Source of the DNA: an uncultured Actinomycetes bacterium
Lineage (GTDB): Bacteria; Actinomycetota; Actinomycetes; S36-B12
Length of the DNA: 64,000 nucleotides
Direction of reading: 5' to 3'
Assembly: GCA_963777085.1 (NCBI GenBank)
Contig: CAVZPI010000017.1
Coordinates: forward strand, 81,615-145,614
Shown here: in pieces, positions 52,183 through 60,430 of the stretch
How positions within the stretch are numbered: the first letter of the stretch is position 1
Layout of the letters: each line of letters begins with the position of its first letter
The notes under the pieces: generated by a model
The model's database searches: none
What the model saw: only the letters and a program-made list of their open reading frames with translations
What the model was told of the DNA's origin: nothing
Translations under genes and position numbers: made by a program

Positions 52183-54219
52183 ATGCAGAGGCCTGGCGAG
52201 ATGGAGGCACGGCCATGGTGGCAGGACGGCCGTGGCTGGGCCATCGTCGCCGTGATGCTTGCCATCTTCGCCCTGGAGTTCGTGCTGCCCGACGCCTTCC
52301 TGCTCCCCTTCATCTGTGTGCCCCTGGTCGTCGCCGCGATGCTGGTGGGTCCCCGGGAGATGGGCGCGATCGCGGCCCTCGGCACGATCCTGGCGGTCGT
52401 GTCCGTGCTGAGGCACCCGACCTCCGGGGATGCGAACGACTGGCTGTGGCCGCTCGTGACGTTGGCGGTGGGCGGCCTGGCCGTGGCGGTGTCGTCCCAT
52501 GGCGATCGGGAGATGCATGGCAGGCTCGCCGACGAGCAGCGGCTCCGGGCCGCCTTGGACACCGAGATGGACCCGCATGTGCTGATCGGGCCGGTGCGCG
52601 ACGGCGCCGGGCGAATCGCCGACTTCGTCTTCGAGTATGCGAACCAGGCCGCCTGCACCTATATGGGCACTGCCCGGGAGGAGTTCGTCGGCTCCCGGAT
52701 GCTTGAGGTCTCGCCGGCGGCGATCCGCACCGGCATGCTCGATCGGTGCGCCGGGGCGTTCGAGTCGCGGGTGCCGCTCGTGCTCGACGACTTCGGCTAC
52801 CCGCTCGAGGATGCCGAAGCCCGGTGGTTCGACATCCGTGGCGTGTGCGTGGACCACGCCCTGAGCGTGGTGTGGCGCGACGTCACCGACCGGCACCACG
52901 CCGAGCGTCGGCTGGCCGAGTCGCAGGCGCGCTTTCGCCTGCTGGCCGAGAACGCCTCGGACGTGGTGTACCAACTCGGACCGGATCGGGCGATCGCGTG
53001 GATCTCCAGCAGCGTGACCGCGGCCCTGGGCTGGGCTCCCGAGGATCTCGTCGGCGCGCAGACCATCGACCTGATCCACCCGGACGACTGGGCAGGGAGC
53101 AACGAGGCCCGCGAGGCGGCCTTCGCCGGTGACGACGTGGCGAATCCGAAGGGCGGGTACGTCTCGCGGTGGCACACGGCGGACGGGCAGTACCGATGGA
53201 TGTCGGCGCGGATCACCCCCACCAAGGACGCCTCGGGCGCCGTCACCGGCTACGTGCACGGGCTGCGCAATGTGGAGGCGCTCGTGCGCGCGCGCGAGCG
53301 GGCAGAGGCCGGAGAACGGGAGCTCAAGGAGTCCGAGGCCCGCTTCCGCCTGCTGGCGGAGAACTCGTCCGACGTCGTGATGCGCACGCGCGACGACTCC
53401 GTGGTGTGGGTGTCCCCGTCGCTGAGCCGCATGCTCGGCTGGGCCACGGACGAGTGGATCGGCCATTCGATGGCCGAGTTCTGGCTGCCCGAGGACGCAG
53501 CGATCGCCGCGGCCGCCCAGCAGCGGATTGCCGACGGGTCCTCGGCGGTGCTGCGCATGCGGCTGAGGGCGAAGGACGGCACGTACCACTGGCTGGAGGT
53601 GCACGCCCAGCGGTACGTCGACGACGACGGTGTCGTCGACGGGGTCCTGTCGTCCTTCCGCACCGTCGACAGGGAGGTCCAGGCCGAGGCCGAGCTCGAT
53701 CACCGCGCCCGGTTCGACGATCTCACCGGCCTGATCAACCGCCAGGAGAGCATGGTGATCCTCGCCGCCGTCACCGGTCAGGCGCGGCGCAGCGGTGAGC
53801 GGTCGGCCATCCTGTTCTGCGATATCGACGGCTTCAAGGGCCTGAACGACACGTACGGCCACGCTGCCGGTGACGAGGTGCTGCGCGTGATCGCCAGCCG
53901 GGTCCAGTCGTGCGTGCGTGCCGGCGACCAGGCCGGCCGCATCGGCGGCGACGAACTGCTCGTCATCCTGGAGCGGGTGCACAGCCTGGACGACGCGGTA
54001 CGGATCGCCGGCAAGATCCGGGAGGCGGTCGCCGTGCCCGTGCCGACCCGGGCCGGTGATCTCGACGTGACCGTCAGCGTGGGCGTGACGCTGGCCGCCG
54101 GCGGTGAGAGCGTCGACGCGATGATCGCCCGGGCCGACGTCGCGATGTACGAGGCCAAGCGGGCGGGCCGCAACCGCGTCATCGCCGTACCGCTGCCCGA
54201 CGAGCAGTCGGACGGCTGA
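52183..54219 (+). CDS. membrane-anchored triple-PAS GGDEF-family protein (GGDEL variant)
   Basis: AGGAG RBS 6 nt before ATG 52183. Transmembrane N-terminus, PAS-domain repeats introduced by coiled-coil linkers such as SQARFRLLAENASDVV and SEARFRLLAENSSDVV, and a C-terminal domain with DDLTGLINR and GRIGGDELLVIL. Confidence 0.88.
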   Translation: MQRPGEMEARPWWQDGRGWAIVAVMLAIFALEFVLPDAFLLPFICVPLVVAAMLVGPREMGAIAALGTILAVVSVLRHPTSGDANDWLWPLVTLAVGGLAVAVSSHGDREMHGRLADEQRLRAALDTEMDPHVLIGPVRDGAGRIADFVFEYANQAACTYMGTAREEFVGSRMLEVSPAAIRTGMLDRCAGAFESRVPLVLDDFGYPLEDAEARWFDIRGVCVDHALSVVWRDVTDRHHAERRLAESQARFRLLAENASDVVYQLGPDRAIAWISSSVTAALGWAPEDLVGAQTIDLIHPDDWAGSNEAREAAFAGDDVANPKGGYVSRWHTADGQYRWMSARITPTKDASGAVTGYVHGLRNVEALVRARERAEAGERELKESEARFRLLAENSSDVVMRTRDDSVVWVSPSLSRMLGWATDEWIGHSMAEFWLPEDAAIAAAAQQRIADGSSAVLRMRLRAKDGTYHWLEVHAQRYVDDDGVVDGVLSSFRTVDREVQAEAELDHRARFDDLTGLINRQESMVILAAVTGQARRSGERSAILFCDIDGFKGLNDTYGHAAGDEVLRVIASRVQSCVRAGDQAGRIGGDELLVILERVHSLDDAVRIAGKIREAVAVPVPTRAGDLDVTVSVGVTLAAGGESVDAMIARADVAMYEAKRAGRNRVIAVPLPDEQSDG

Positions 54220-54225
54220 CGGAGC

Positions 54226-54253
54226 GGACACCCCCCGGAAGAGCGGGGGGTCC
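54226..54253. terminator. GC hairpin (CCCCCC/GGGGGG stem) after the cyclase gene and downstream of the tRNA-Gly fragment
   Basis: GGACACCCCCCGGAAGAGCGGGGGGTCC. A related hairpin, GTGAACCCCCCGGAACAACGGGGGGTTCAC, sits at 56654-56683. Confidence 0.5.
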
Positions 54254-54264
54254 ACGCCTTTCGG

Positions 54265-54310
54265 AGCGGGTGACCGGGTCCGAACCGGCATGGCCGGCTT
54301 GGAAGGCTGG
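54265..54310 (-). other. 3'-fragment of tRNA-Gly(TCC), degenerate (att-type remnant)
   Basis: The reverse complement reads ...CCAGCCTTCCAAGCCGGCCATGCCGGTTCGGACCCGGTCACCCGCT: anticodon loop, T arm and 3' acceptor strand only. No 5' half, and both stems are mutated. Confidence 0.7.
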
Positions 54311-54401
54311 ACATGAGGTCCAAAAAGTTGTTGCAAGTAGAGAACTATTGGCCGCCAAGTCATGCTGAGCCACTCGCGATCCACTTTGATTTGGCGGGTA
54401 G

Positions 54402-55232
54402 GTGGCCGTTCTGAAGGGTGTCGTGGCAACAGGGAAGACGTCTCGGCGGACCTTCGGGTCAGTGCGCCGGTTCCCCTCCGGTCGTTGGCAGGCCCGCTAC
54501 AGAGTCGACGGGATGACCTACTTCGGCCCGATGACCTACGAGACGAAGGCGGACGCCCAGGCCTATCTGGCCACCGTTCAGGCCGACCTGGTGCGGCAGA
54601 CGTGGCCGGCTCCACGGCGAGTGACCGAGCCGGTGGGCGACTATGTCGCTCGCTGGATCGAGGAGCACCCGGGCCTGAAGGCAGCAGAGAAGACCGAGCG
54701 ACTTGAGGCGAAGGAACGCGTAAGGAGCCAGGCGACGACTGCCGACGGCCTCATCCAGCGCAACCCCTGCCAGCTCAAGGGGCGCATGGGCTTCGACGTT
54801 CCCAAGGCGCGAGCAAGTGTTCGCGTGGTCACCCTTCCGCCGCATCTCGTGCCGATCCTGGAGGCACACCTGGCCGAGTTCACCGGGCCAGAAGCCGATG
54901 CACTCGTGTGCTGCGCCTCCGGTGGGCGCCCGCTCAGTAGGTCCCAGATGCATCCCATGTGGGCTCGGGCCCGTGCGAAGGTCGGGCGGGACGATCTGCG
55001 CTTCCACGACCTGCGGCATATCGGTCAGACACTCGCCGCCCTCGCCGGCGCCACGGAGGCTGAACTCATGCAGCGCATGGGCCACAGCACCACGTCGGCC
55101 AGCCGCGTCTACATGCACTCGACCACCGATCACTCCCGTGCCGTCGCGGCAGCCTTCAGCGAGTTGGCTCAGACCGACAACGTGGTCCCGCTGCGGCCGG
55201 TACGTCGGCGGACAGGTGCCAGCGGCCAATAG
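54402..55232 (+). pseudogene. tyrosine recombinase/integrase with internal deletions
   Basis: The N-terminal GSVRRFPSGRWQARYRVDG arm-binding motif and the C-terminal HDLRH...GHSTTSASRVYMH are present. The segment between NPCQLKG and VRVVTLPPHL, which normally carries the first catalytic Arg, is missing. Length is 276 aa versus about 400 expected. Confidence 0.75.
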
Positions 55233-55299
55233 CGGTCGCCTTGATCGACACTGCACCAGTACCCGGCCGCGCAGGGATCGAGTGCCGCGCGAGATGGTA

Positions 55300-55315
55300 G
55301 TATCTGATCAGATAC
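55300..55315. promoter_or_regulatory. perfect 16-bp palindrome GTATCTGATCAGATAC upstream of the HTH gene (operator candidate)
   Basis: Lies 14 nt upstream of the GTG start and immediately before the AAGGAGG RBS. Confidence 0.5.
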
Positions 55316-55329
55316 CTAAGGAGGATGCG

Positions 55330-55845
55330 GTGCCCGAGCTTCTGGCCGAAGCCCGGCGGGCCTCCGGCCTGTCGCAGGCGGAAGTCGCGCGCCGGGCCGG
55401 CACGTCCCGTCCGACCGTCTCGGCGTATGAGCACGGCCACCGCAACCCGACCCTCGACACTGTCGAGCGACTGCTTGCTGTCAACGGGCAACAGCTGACG
55501 TTGACCCCTGTCCCGCAGTTCGAGCAACGGTCGGATCGGCGCGGCAAGCCGTTCTTCGTCCCCGATCAACTGCCGCGACTGTCTGCCTCGACCGCCATGG
55601 GCATCATCGTGCTGCCGGCCCACGTTGACTGGTCGACTCCCGGCACCCCGCGTGCGATGTCCGACCGCAGGCAGCGGATCCTCGCCTACCAGGCGCTACT
55701 CGCCGAAGGCGAGCCTGAGGACATCAGCCGCTTCGTCGACGGGGCGCTCCTCGTCGATGCGTGGCCCGACATGCATCTGCCCGGGGCCATTCGCGATGCG
55801 TGGCAGCCGCTGATCGACCGCGCCATCGCTGGCGTCGCATCATGA
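55330..55845 (+). CDS. XRE-family HTH protein with extra C-terminal domain (putative antitoxin)
   Basis: SGLSQAEVARRAGTSRPTVSAYEHGHRNPTLDTVERLL is an HTH_3-type motif. GTG start after AAGGAGG. The stop overlaps the next gene (ATGA). Confidence 0.7.
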   Translation: MPELLAEARRASGLSQAEVARRAGTSRPTVSAYEHGHRNPTLDTVERLLAVNGQQLTLTPVPQFEQRSDRRGKPFFVPDQLPRLSASTAMGIIVLPAHVDWSTPGTPRAMSDRRQRILAYQALLAEGEPEDISRFVDGALLVDAWPDMHLPGAIRDAWQPLIDRAIAGVAS

Positions 55846-56480
55846 GCGACCTTCCATCGGTCACGGCATTCCAAGCCGAGGTTGCGCAAGCGTTCTTCGC
55901 CCTGCCGGAGGCAGGGTCGTTCCTCTTGGCTGGCGGCCTGGCCCTGCTCGCGCAGGGGATGAGCGAACGCCCAACTCAGGACATGGACGCCTTCACGTCC
56001 CGGCCTGGTGACGTTCAACGGGCGCGAGTCGCATTCGAGGAGGCGGCGCGGGCGCGAGGCTGGGTCGTCGAGGTGCGCCAGTCCACCGAGACGTTCGTGA
56101 GGATGCACGTGCACGGCCACGACTCGGTACTCGTCGACCTCGCTCTGGACTCCCCGCCCGGGCTGCCTGCCTCGATCTCGGTGTTAGGTCCGACCTTCGA
56201 CCCGGCCGAACTCGCCGCTCGTAAGCTCCTCGCGCTGTTCGACCGCGCGATGCCACGCGACTTCGTCGACGTCTTCATCGTGACTCGCTCGCGTTCTGCG
56301 CAGGATCTGTTCGACCTTGCTCGGGAGCTGGATCCGGGACTCGACACAGCCGTCCTCGCGGTGGCCATGCGACGGCTGAACGCCTACCGCGACGAGGACA
56401 TCCCCCTCGAACATGCTCGCCTGTCCGAGGTAAGAGAGTTCTTCGACGCGTGGGCCGACGCGCTCGAGCGGCCGTCATAG
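55842..56480 (+). CDS. AbiEii/AbiGii-type nucleotidyltransferase (putative toxin)
   Basis: The N-terminal motif FLLAGGLALLAQGMSERPTQDMDAF matches the GG.AL...R.T.D.D NTase signature of DUF1814/AbiEii proteins. Confidence 0.8.
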   Translation: MSDLPSVTAFQAEVAQAFFALPEAGSFLLAGGLALLAQGMSERPTQDMDAFTSRPGDVQRARVAFEEAARARGWVVEVRQSTETFVRMHVHGHDSVLVDLALDSPPGLPASISVLGPTFDPAELAARKLLALFDRAMPRDFVDVFIVTRSRSAQDLFDLARELDPGLDTAVLAVAMRRLNAYRDEDIPLEHARLSEVREFFDAWADALERPS

Positions 56481-56691
56481 TCTGGAGGCGTTCGACGCCA
56501 CGGGCTGCACGCATCCCGCGGCGGCGGGGAACCCGAGTGCCACGCCTGCAGCACCGATGACAAACGGGTCTTCGCTTGAGCGGGTGACCGGGTCCGTCGG
56601 TCCGCTTCGCGGACCTCCTCCCGATCCCGGACGTTCAAACATCCCGAAACGCGTGAACCCCCCGGAACAACGGGGGGTTCACGCATTTCGG

Positions 56692-56739
56692 AGCGGGTGA
56701 CCGGGATCGAACCGGCATGGCCAGCTTGGAAGGCTGGTC
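56692..56739 (-). other. 3'-fragment of tRNA-Gly(TCC), well preserved (att site of element 2)
   Basis: The reverse complement reads GACCAGCCTTCCAAGCTGGCCATGCCGGTTCGATCCCGGTCACCCGCT, with an intact anticodon stem-loop (CTTCCAA), T arm and 3' acceptor strand. The upstream sequence is not a tRNA 5' half. Confidence 0.75.
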
Positions 56740-56817
56740 ATGCTAGCCTCGGTATGCGGGAACAACGTCAGCAATACCAACGGTTTATGATGTGTGGTAG
56801 TGGATAGACGTTGATCT

Positions 56818-56841
56818 CAATGGGTGTGACAATGGGTGTGA
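56818..56841. repeat. tandem direct repeat 2 x CAATGGGTGTGA just upstream of the integrase start
   Basis: Exact 12-nt duplication at 56818-56829 and 56830-56841, 16 nt before ATG 56857. Confidence 0.8.
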
Positions 56842-56856
56842 TTCTGGGAGGACGGC

Positions 56857-58091
56857 ATGGCACGAGGCAGGTACGGCGACGGAGCGGTATTCGAGATCAA
56901 GTCCGGGAAGCACGAGGGCCGCCATGTCGCCCGCCTCGACCTCGGCGCTGACCCCCGCACCGGTCGACGTCGGCGCTGGGAGGGATCTGCTTCGAACCGC
57001 CGAAGCGGCCCTGGCCAAACTCCAGGAGAAGAGACGCGAACTCGACGACACCGGCACCATCGCCACGCGCACCAAGATGACTGACTGGCTCGACTACTGG
57101 CTCGCCCACGTCGTCGATCCCGCGCGCAAGCCCCGCGTCGCGCAGCTGTACCGCGACACCGCCAACAAGTGGCTACGCCCGGCGCTCGGCCGCGTCGAGG
57201 TCGCCAAGATCCAGCCCAGTCACGTGCGTAGGCTCCTTGACGAGGTTCGTACCGCGACTTCGGTCGGCAACGCTGCGCGCGTGCACCGTGTCCTACGGTC
57301 CTGCCTTTCCGAAGCGCAGCGCGAGGGCATCGTGCCCCGCAACGTCGCCAAGCTCGTCCGCGTACCGCAGTCCACCGTCAAGCGCACAGCCCTGAGCAAC
57401 TCCGAAGCCCGCACCGTCCTGGCGCACCTTCGCTGGCGACCCATCGCGCGCCCGGTGGGCCATGTCGCTGCTGACCGGCGCACGTCAGAGCGAGTGCCTC
57501 GGCCTGACATGGGACCGTGTCGACCTCAAGGAAGGGACGCTCGACATTGCTTGGCAGCTCTACCAACTGCCCGCCGCACACGGCTGCCTCAGCGAGGATG
57601 GCGAGCCGACGTGCGGCAGGGTCCGAGTCTCCTACTGCCCGAAGGCCCGACTGCTACTGCCCGAAGGCGTGTTCGACGTGGTCATGTTGGAGGGCGTGTA
57701 CGCACTGCTTAGCCCGAAGTCGATCGCCTCGACTCGGATGATCCCTGCCCCGCCCCCGCTTGTCGACGCCCTCCGCGTACACCGCAAGGCGACCCTCGCC
57801 CGTCCGAACCCACACGGCCTCGTGTGGACCACTCCGACAGGGCGCCCGATCGCTCGCCGCCTCGACTCGGAAGCATTCGACGCCATGCTCCGTGCCGCCG
57901 GTGTCACTGACGTCCCGCTGCACGCCGCTCGAGACACCACAGCGACGCTGCTGCTCGAGCTCGGCGTGGACGCCAAGGTAATCCAGAGTGTGCTGGGCCA
58001 CGCCAGTGCTGCCACTACTCGCGGGTACCAGCATGTCCGGCTCGATCTCGCCCGGCAGGCACTCGACGGGCTGGGGGAGGCGCTGGCCTAG
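56857..58091 (+). pseudogene. tyrosine integrase, two frame disruptions (about 56990 and about 57434)
   Basis: Three collinear segments in frames 1, 2 and 3: GAVFEIKSGKHEGRHVARLDLGADPRTG...; ...AALAKLQE...WLDYWLAHV...; ...RWAMSLLTGARQSECLGLTWDRVDL...LHAARDT...LGHASAATTRGYQH. Confidence 0.8.
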
Positions 58092-58499
58092 CAGGTCACG
58101 CCACGCACGAACGCGGCCTGGTGCATCGCGATCCATACGTCGATCACTTCGGGCGTGACGTTCAGATCGAAAGCCACGGATGGTCGGTGCCCTTCTCGGA
58201 TCAGTGATGCCTGCGTGTACTCCGCCGCCCGGACGAGCATCCTCGCTGCCCCGCGGTCGGCTCGGCAATTCCTGCCGCTTGGTGATGAGCCCGAAGGGGC
58301 TTGGCACGTCGCCGGCGATCGCGTGCTGGACCTCATGCGCGAGCGTGCACCGAGCCTCCCGGCGGTCCAGCCCACGGGCGAGGACGATGAGGTCCCGACC
58401 GTGGTGGTACTCACCCCACCGGCCTTCGCGCAGGCGCTTCTCGACGACCTGAAGCCCCAGTTTCTCTGCATGCGCCCACGGATCGTATGTCGATCCCAT
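58088..58499 (-). pseudogene. ImmA/IrrE-family metallopeptidase, one frame disruption near 58265
   Basis: HEXXH motif LAHEVQHAI in ORF 57654-58499. The plausible C-terminus (...RADRGAARMLVRAAEYTQASLI...) is in the frame of ORF 58088-58471. Confidence 0.65.
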
Positions 58500-58522
58500 C
58501 TTCCCCCCGTCGCGCCCCTCGG

Positions 58523-58990
58523 CTATGCCCCGCCGTCGTACCCATCGTCGGGGTCGCTTCCTATTGCCCTGCCCGCGGTCTTCGCCGCCACGTCGTAGTC
58601 ATCTTGCTCGATCCAGCCGACATCGTCGCGGCTCAAGGGACTCCGTGTAGGCGAACGTTGCTCAAGCAGCACACGGATCACTCCCTTCACGGCTTCGCGG
58701 CTTGCCCGGTCGAGATAGTCGACGTCGTCCGGCAGCTCGTCGGCGAAGGGCTTGCCTGGGAGGGGGAGGCCGGCAGCTCGGTAGACGACGTCACGGCCGA
58801 TTCCACCGACGCCCGCGATCGCGTCCAGGGTCCGGGTCTGGTACTGGCCGCTATGCGTCCCGTTCCTGATCGCCGAGATGGTCGTGTAGGCCAGCGAGTA
58901 GCCCTGTTTGCTCGCTGCGCGGTCCAGCCCGCGGGCGGACGTGTTCAGGCGGCCGAGGATCTCCTCGATGACCGACTGCATCGTTTCCAT
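58523..58990 (-). CDS. phage repressor-like HTH protein (ImmR/CI-like)
   Basis: The N-terminal region (…SARGLDRAASKQGYSLAYTTISAIRNG…) resembles an XRE-type HTH. It lies immediately upstream of the ImmA-like gene and divergent from the Cro-like gene. Start placed at METMQSV. Confidence 0.65.
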   Translation of the reverse strand: METMQSVIEEILGRLNTSARGLDRAASKQGYSLAYTTISAIRNGTHSGQYQTRTLDAIAGVGGIGRDVVYRAAGLPLPGKPFADELPDDVDYLDRASREAVKGVIRVLLEQRSPTRSPLSRDDVGWIEQDDYDVAAKTAGRAIGSDPDDGYDGGA

Positions 58991-59044
58991 GGCTCCACAA
59001 TCCAGATGGGGTGTCTGCTTGTTCAAGCACGACACGCCGCGCCG

Positions 59045-59128
59045 TGACAAGTAACAACATGGTTTCTTGACCGATTACCACTTGTCAAGGTGACAAGTGG
59101 CGGCCTATGGTAGGCATAACACTTGTCA
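59045..59128. promoter_or_regulatory. four ACTTGTCA/TGACAAGT half-sites in the divergent repressor/cro intergenic region (operators)
   Basis: TGACAAGT at 59045-59052; palindrome CCACTTGTCA-AGG-TGACAAGTGG at 59078-59100; CACTTGTCA at 59120-59128. Confidence 0.6.
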
Positions 59129-59146
59129 GGAAGAGCGATTGGAGGC

Positions 59147-59461
59147 ATGATGCGTACGACCAAGTTCCGGAGCCGTAAGCGAGGTGTGTGGATGCGAGTC
59201 AGAGAGCCCCAGGCGTTGAGGCGGTGGCGGGAGCGACGATCACTTACCCAACGAGACCTCGCCTACCTCTGCAAGTGTTCTCAGAACGCCATCTACCTTC
59301 TGGAAAGCGGCCGGATGGCAACCCTTTCCGAGGACCTCGCACTGACGATCGCGAAGAGGCTCGATGTGCCGTGGGAGGACCTCTTCGAGGCTCGCTCCGA
59401 TGCGGGTTTGCGTCGAGTGTCAACTGGTATCCGCACCAACGTCCGAGAGGTGGCCGCGTGA
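59147..59461 (+). CDS. Cro/XRE-type HTH regulator
   Basis: RSLTQRDLAYLCKCSQNAIYLLESGRMATLSEDLALTIAKRL. A GGAGG RBS precedes ATG 59147. Confidence 0.75.
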   Translation: MMRTTKFRSRKRGVWMRVREPQALRRWRERRSLTQRDLAYLCKCSQNAIYLLESGRMATLSEDLALTIAKRLDVPWEDLFEARSDAGLRRVSTGIRTNVREVAA

Positions 59462-59679
59462 CAGCCGCCGTTCCAGTCGCGTACAACATCGCCAGCGCCG
59501 CAGCAGCCGTAGGCGTCAGCAAGTGGACCTTGTGGGCTGAGATCAAGGCCGGCCGCCTCATCGCCCACTACCCGACGTCACGGCCACTGATAGCGCACGC
59601 CGAACTTGAGCGGTGGGTATCGGCGGGGAAGACCACGGGCACGCGCCGCAAGCGCAAGGCCCCCGCGGGGTCCTCGTGA
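59458..59679 (+). CDS. excisionase-type (MerR-like) HTH DNA-binding protein
   Basis: YNIASAAAAVGVSKWTLWAEIKAGRLIAHY....IAHAELERWV. GTGA overlap with the upstream gene. Confidence 0.65.
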   Translation: MTAAVPVAYNIASAAAAVGVSKWTLWAEIKAGRLIAHYPTSRPLIAHAELERWVSAGKTTGTRRKRKAPAGSS

Positions 59680-60011
59680 GTGCATCCACGGTCACCTGCA
59701 GCCGGCGAAACATGAGCGCCGAGACGGTGGATCAGCCGCGCCCTGAGACGCTCGCGGCTGACGCTGGCCGGCTGCTCGACGCGTGCGGGGTGGCACGGTC
59801 GAGGTCGTGGGTGTCGCGCACGGTCCGGGCCTACGTCGACCGGGTCGCGCACACCGGGTACCCGTTCGGGGCGTGGCTGCTGGCGCAGGTCGAGTTGAAC
59901 GCGGAGCAGCGCCGGCGCGCCCTGGCGGATCCGGAGACCGCGTCGATGCTGTGCTACGCGGATCCGACTGGTGAGGCCGCGGTCCGCAACGTGATGCGGG
60001 GCCGGTCGTGA
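59676..60011 (+). CDS. hypothetical phage protein
   Basis: GTGA overlap start. No recognised family. Confidence 0.45.
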   Translation: MSASTVTCSRRNMSAETVDQPRPETLAADAGRLLDACGVARSRSWVSRTVRAYVDRVAHTGYPFGAWLLAQVELNAEQRRRALADPETASMLCYADPTGEAAVRNVMRGRS

Positions 60012-60430
60012 GTGGCCAGTTCCGGCAGATCCGTGTCGAGCTGGAGCGCCTGGGCTACGTGTACAAGTCGCGGAATACGCGTGGTGGTGAGTCGTGGGCG
60101 CATCCGTGCGGGCACACCGTGACCTTGTCGCCGGGTGTGTCCGAGGATCAGCGGCGGTGGATCCTGCGGACCTGCCAGAAGGCCCTCGGGATCAAGGGCG
60201 CCGTGAACAAGCGGAACACGTCCCGCATCAAGGACCGGCAGGCCGCCGCCCGCCAAGCAGACCGCGCAGTGAACGAAGCCCGGGCCGCGTGGCTCGAAGC
60301 CCGCATCCGCGACCTCGAAACGGCCGCCACCCTGCGCGCCCTCACCACCAGGCAGCAGCACGACCTCCGCGAACGGCTCGCCGAACTGGCGGACCTGCGC
60401 CAGTTGATGGCCGAAGTCCCGCACGGCTGA
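60008..60430 (+). CDS. hypothetical phage protein with C-terminal coiled coil
   Basis: GTGA overlap start. The C-terminal half is Ala/Arg-rich and helical. Confidence 0.5.
   Translation: MSGQFRQIRVELERLGYVYKSRNTRGGESWAHPCGHTVTLSPGVSEDQRRWILRTCQKALGIKGAVNKRNTSRIKDRQAAARQADRAVNEARAAWLEARIRDLETAATLRALTTRQQHDLRERLAELADLRQLMAEVPHG

Larger units (their letters stand above)
54265..56596. mobile_element. decayed integrated element 1 (tRNA-Gly fragment, internally deleted integrase, HTH/AbiEii pair), bounded by 19-nt direct repeats
   Basis: GAGCGGGTGACCGGGTCCG occurs at 54266-54284 and again at 56578-56596. The integrase lies next to the left repeat. A low-GC junction follows at 54311-54400. Confidence 0.6.

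Noticed and set aside
54265-56739. Functional tRNA-Gly genes at 54265-54310 and 56692-56739
   Set aside because: Only the anticodon arm, T arm and 3' acceptor strand are present. The adjacent sequence cannot form the 5' acceptor strand or D arm, so both were called att-type fragments.
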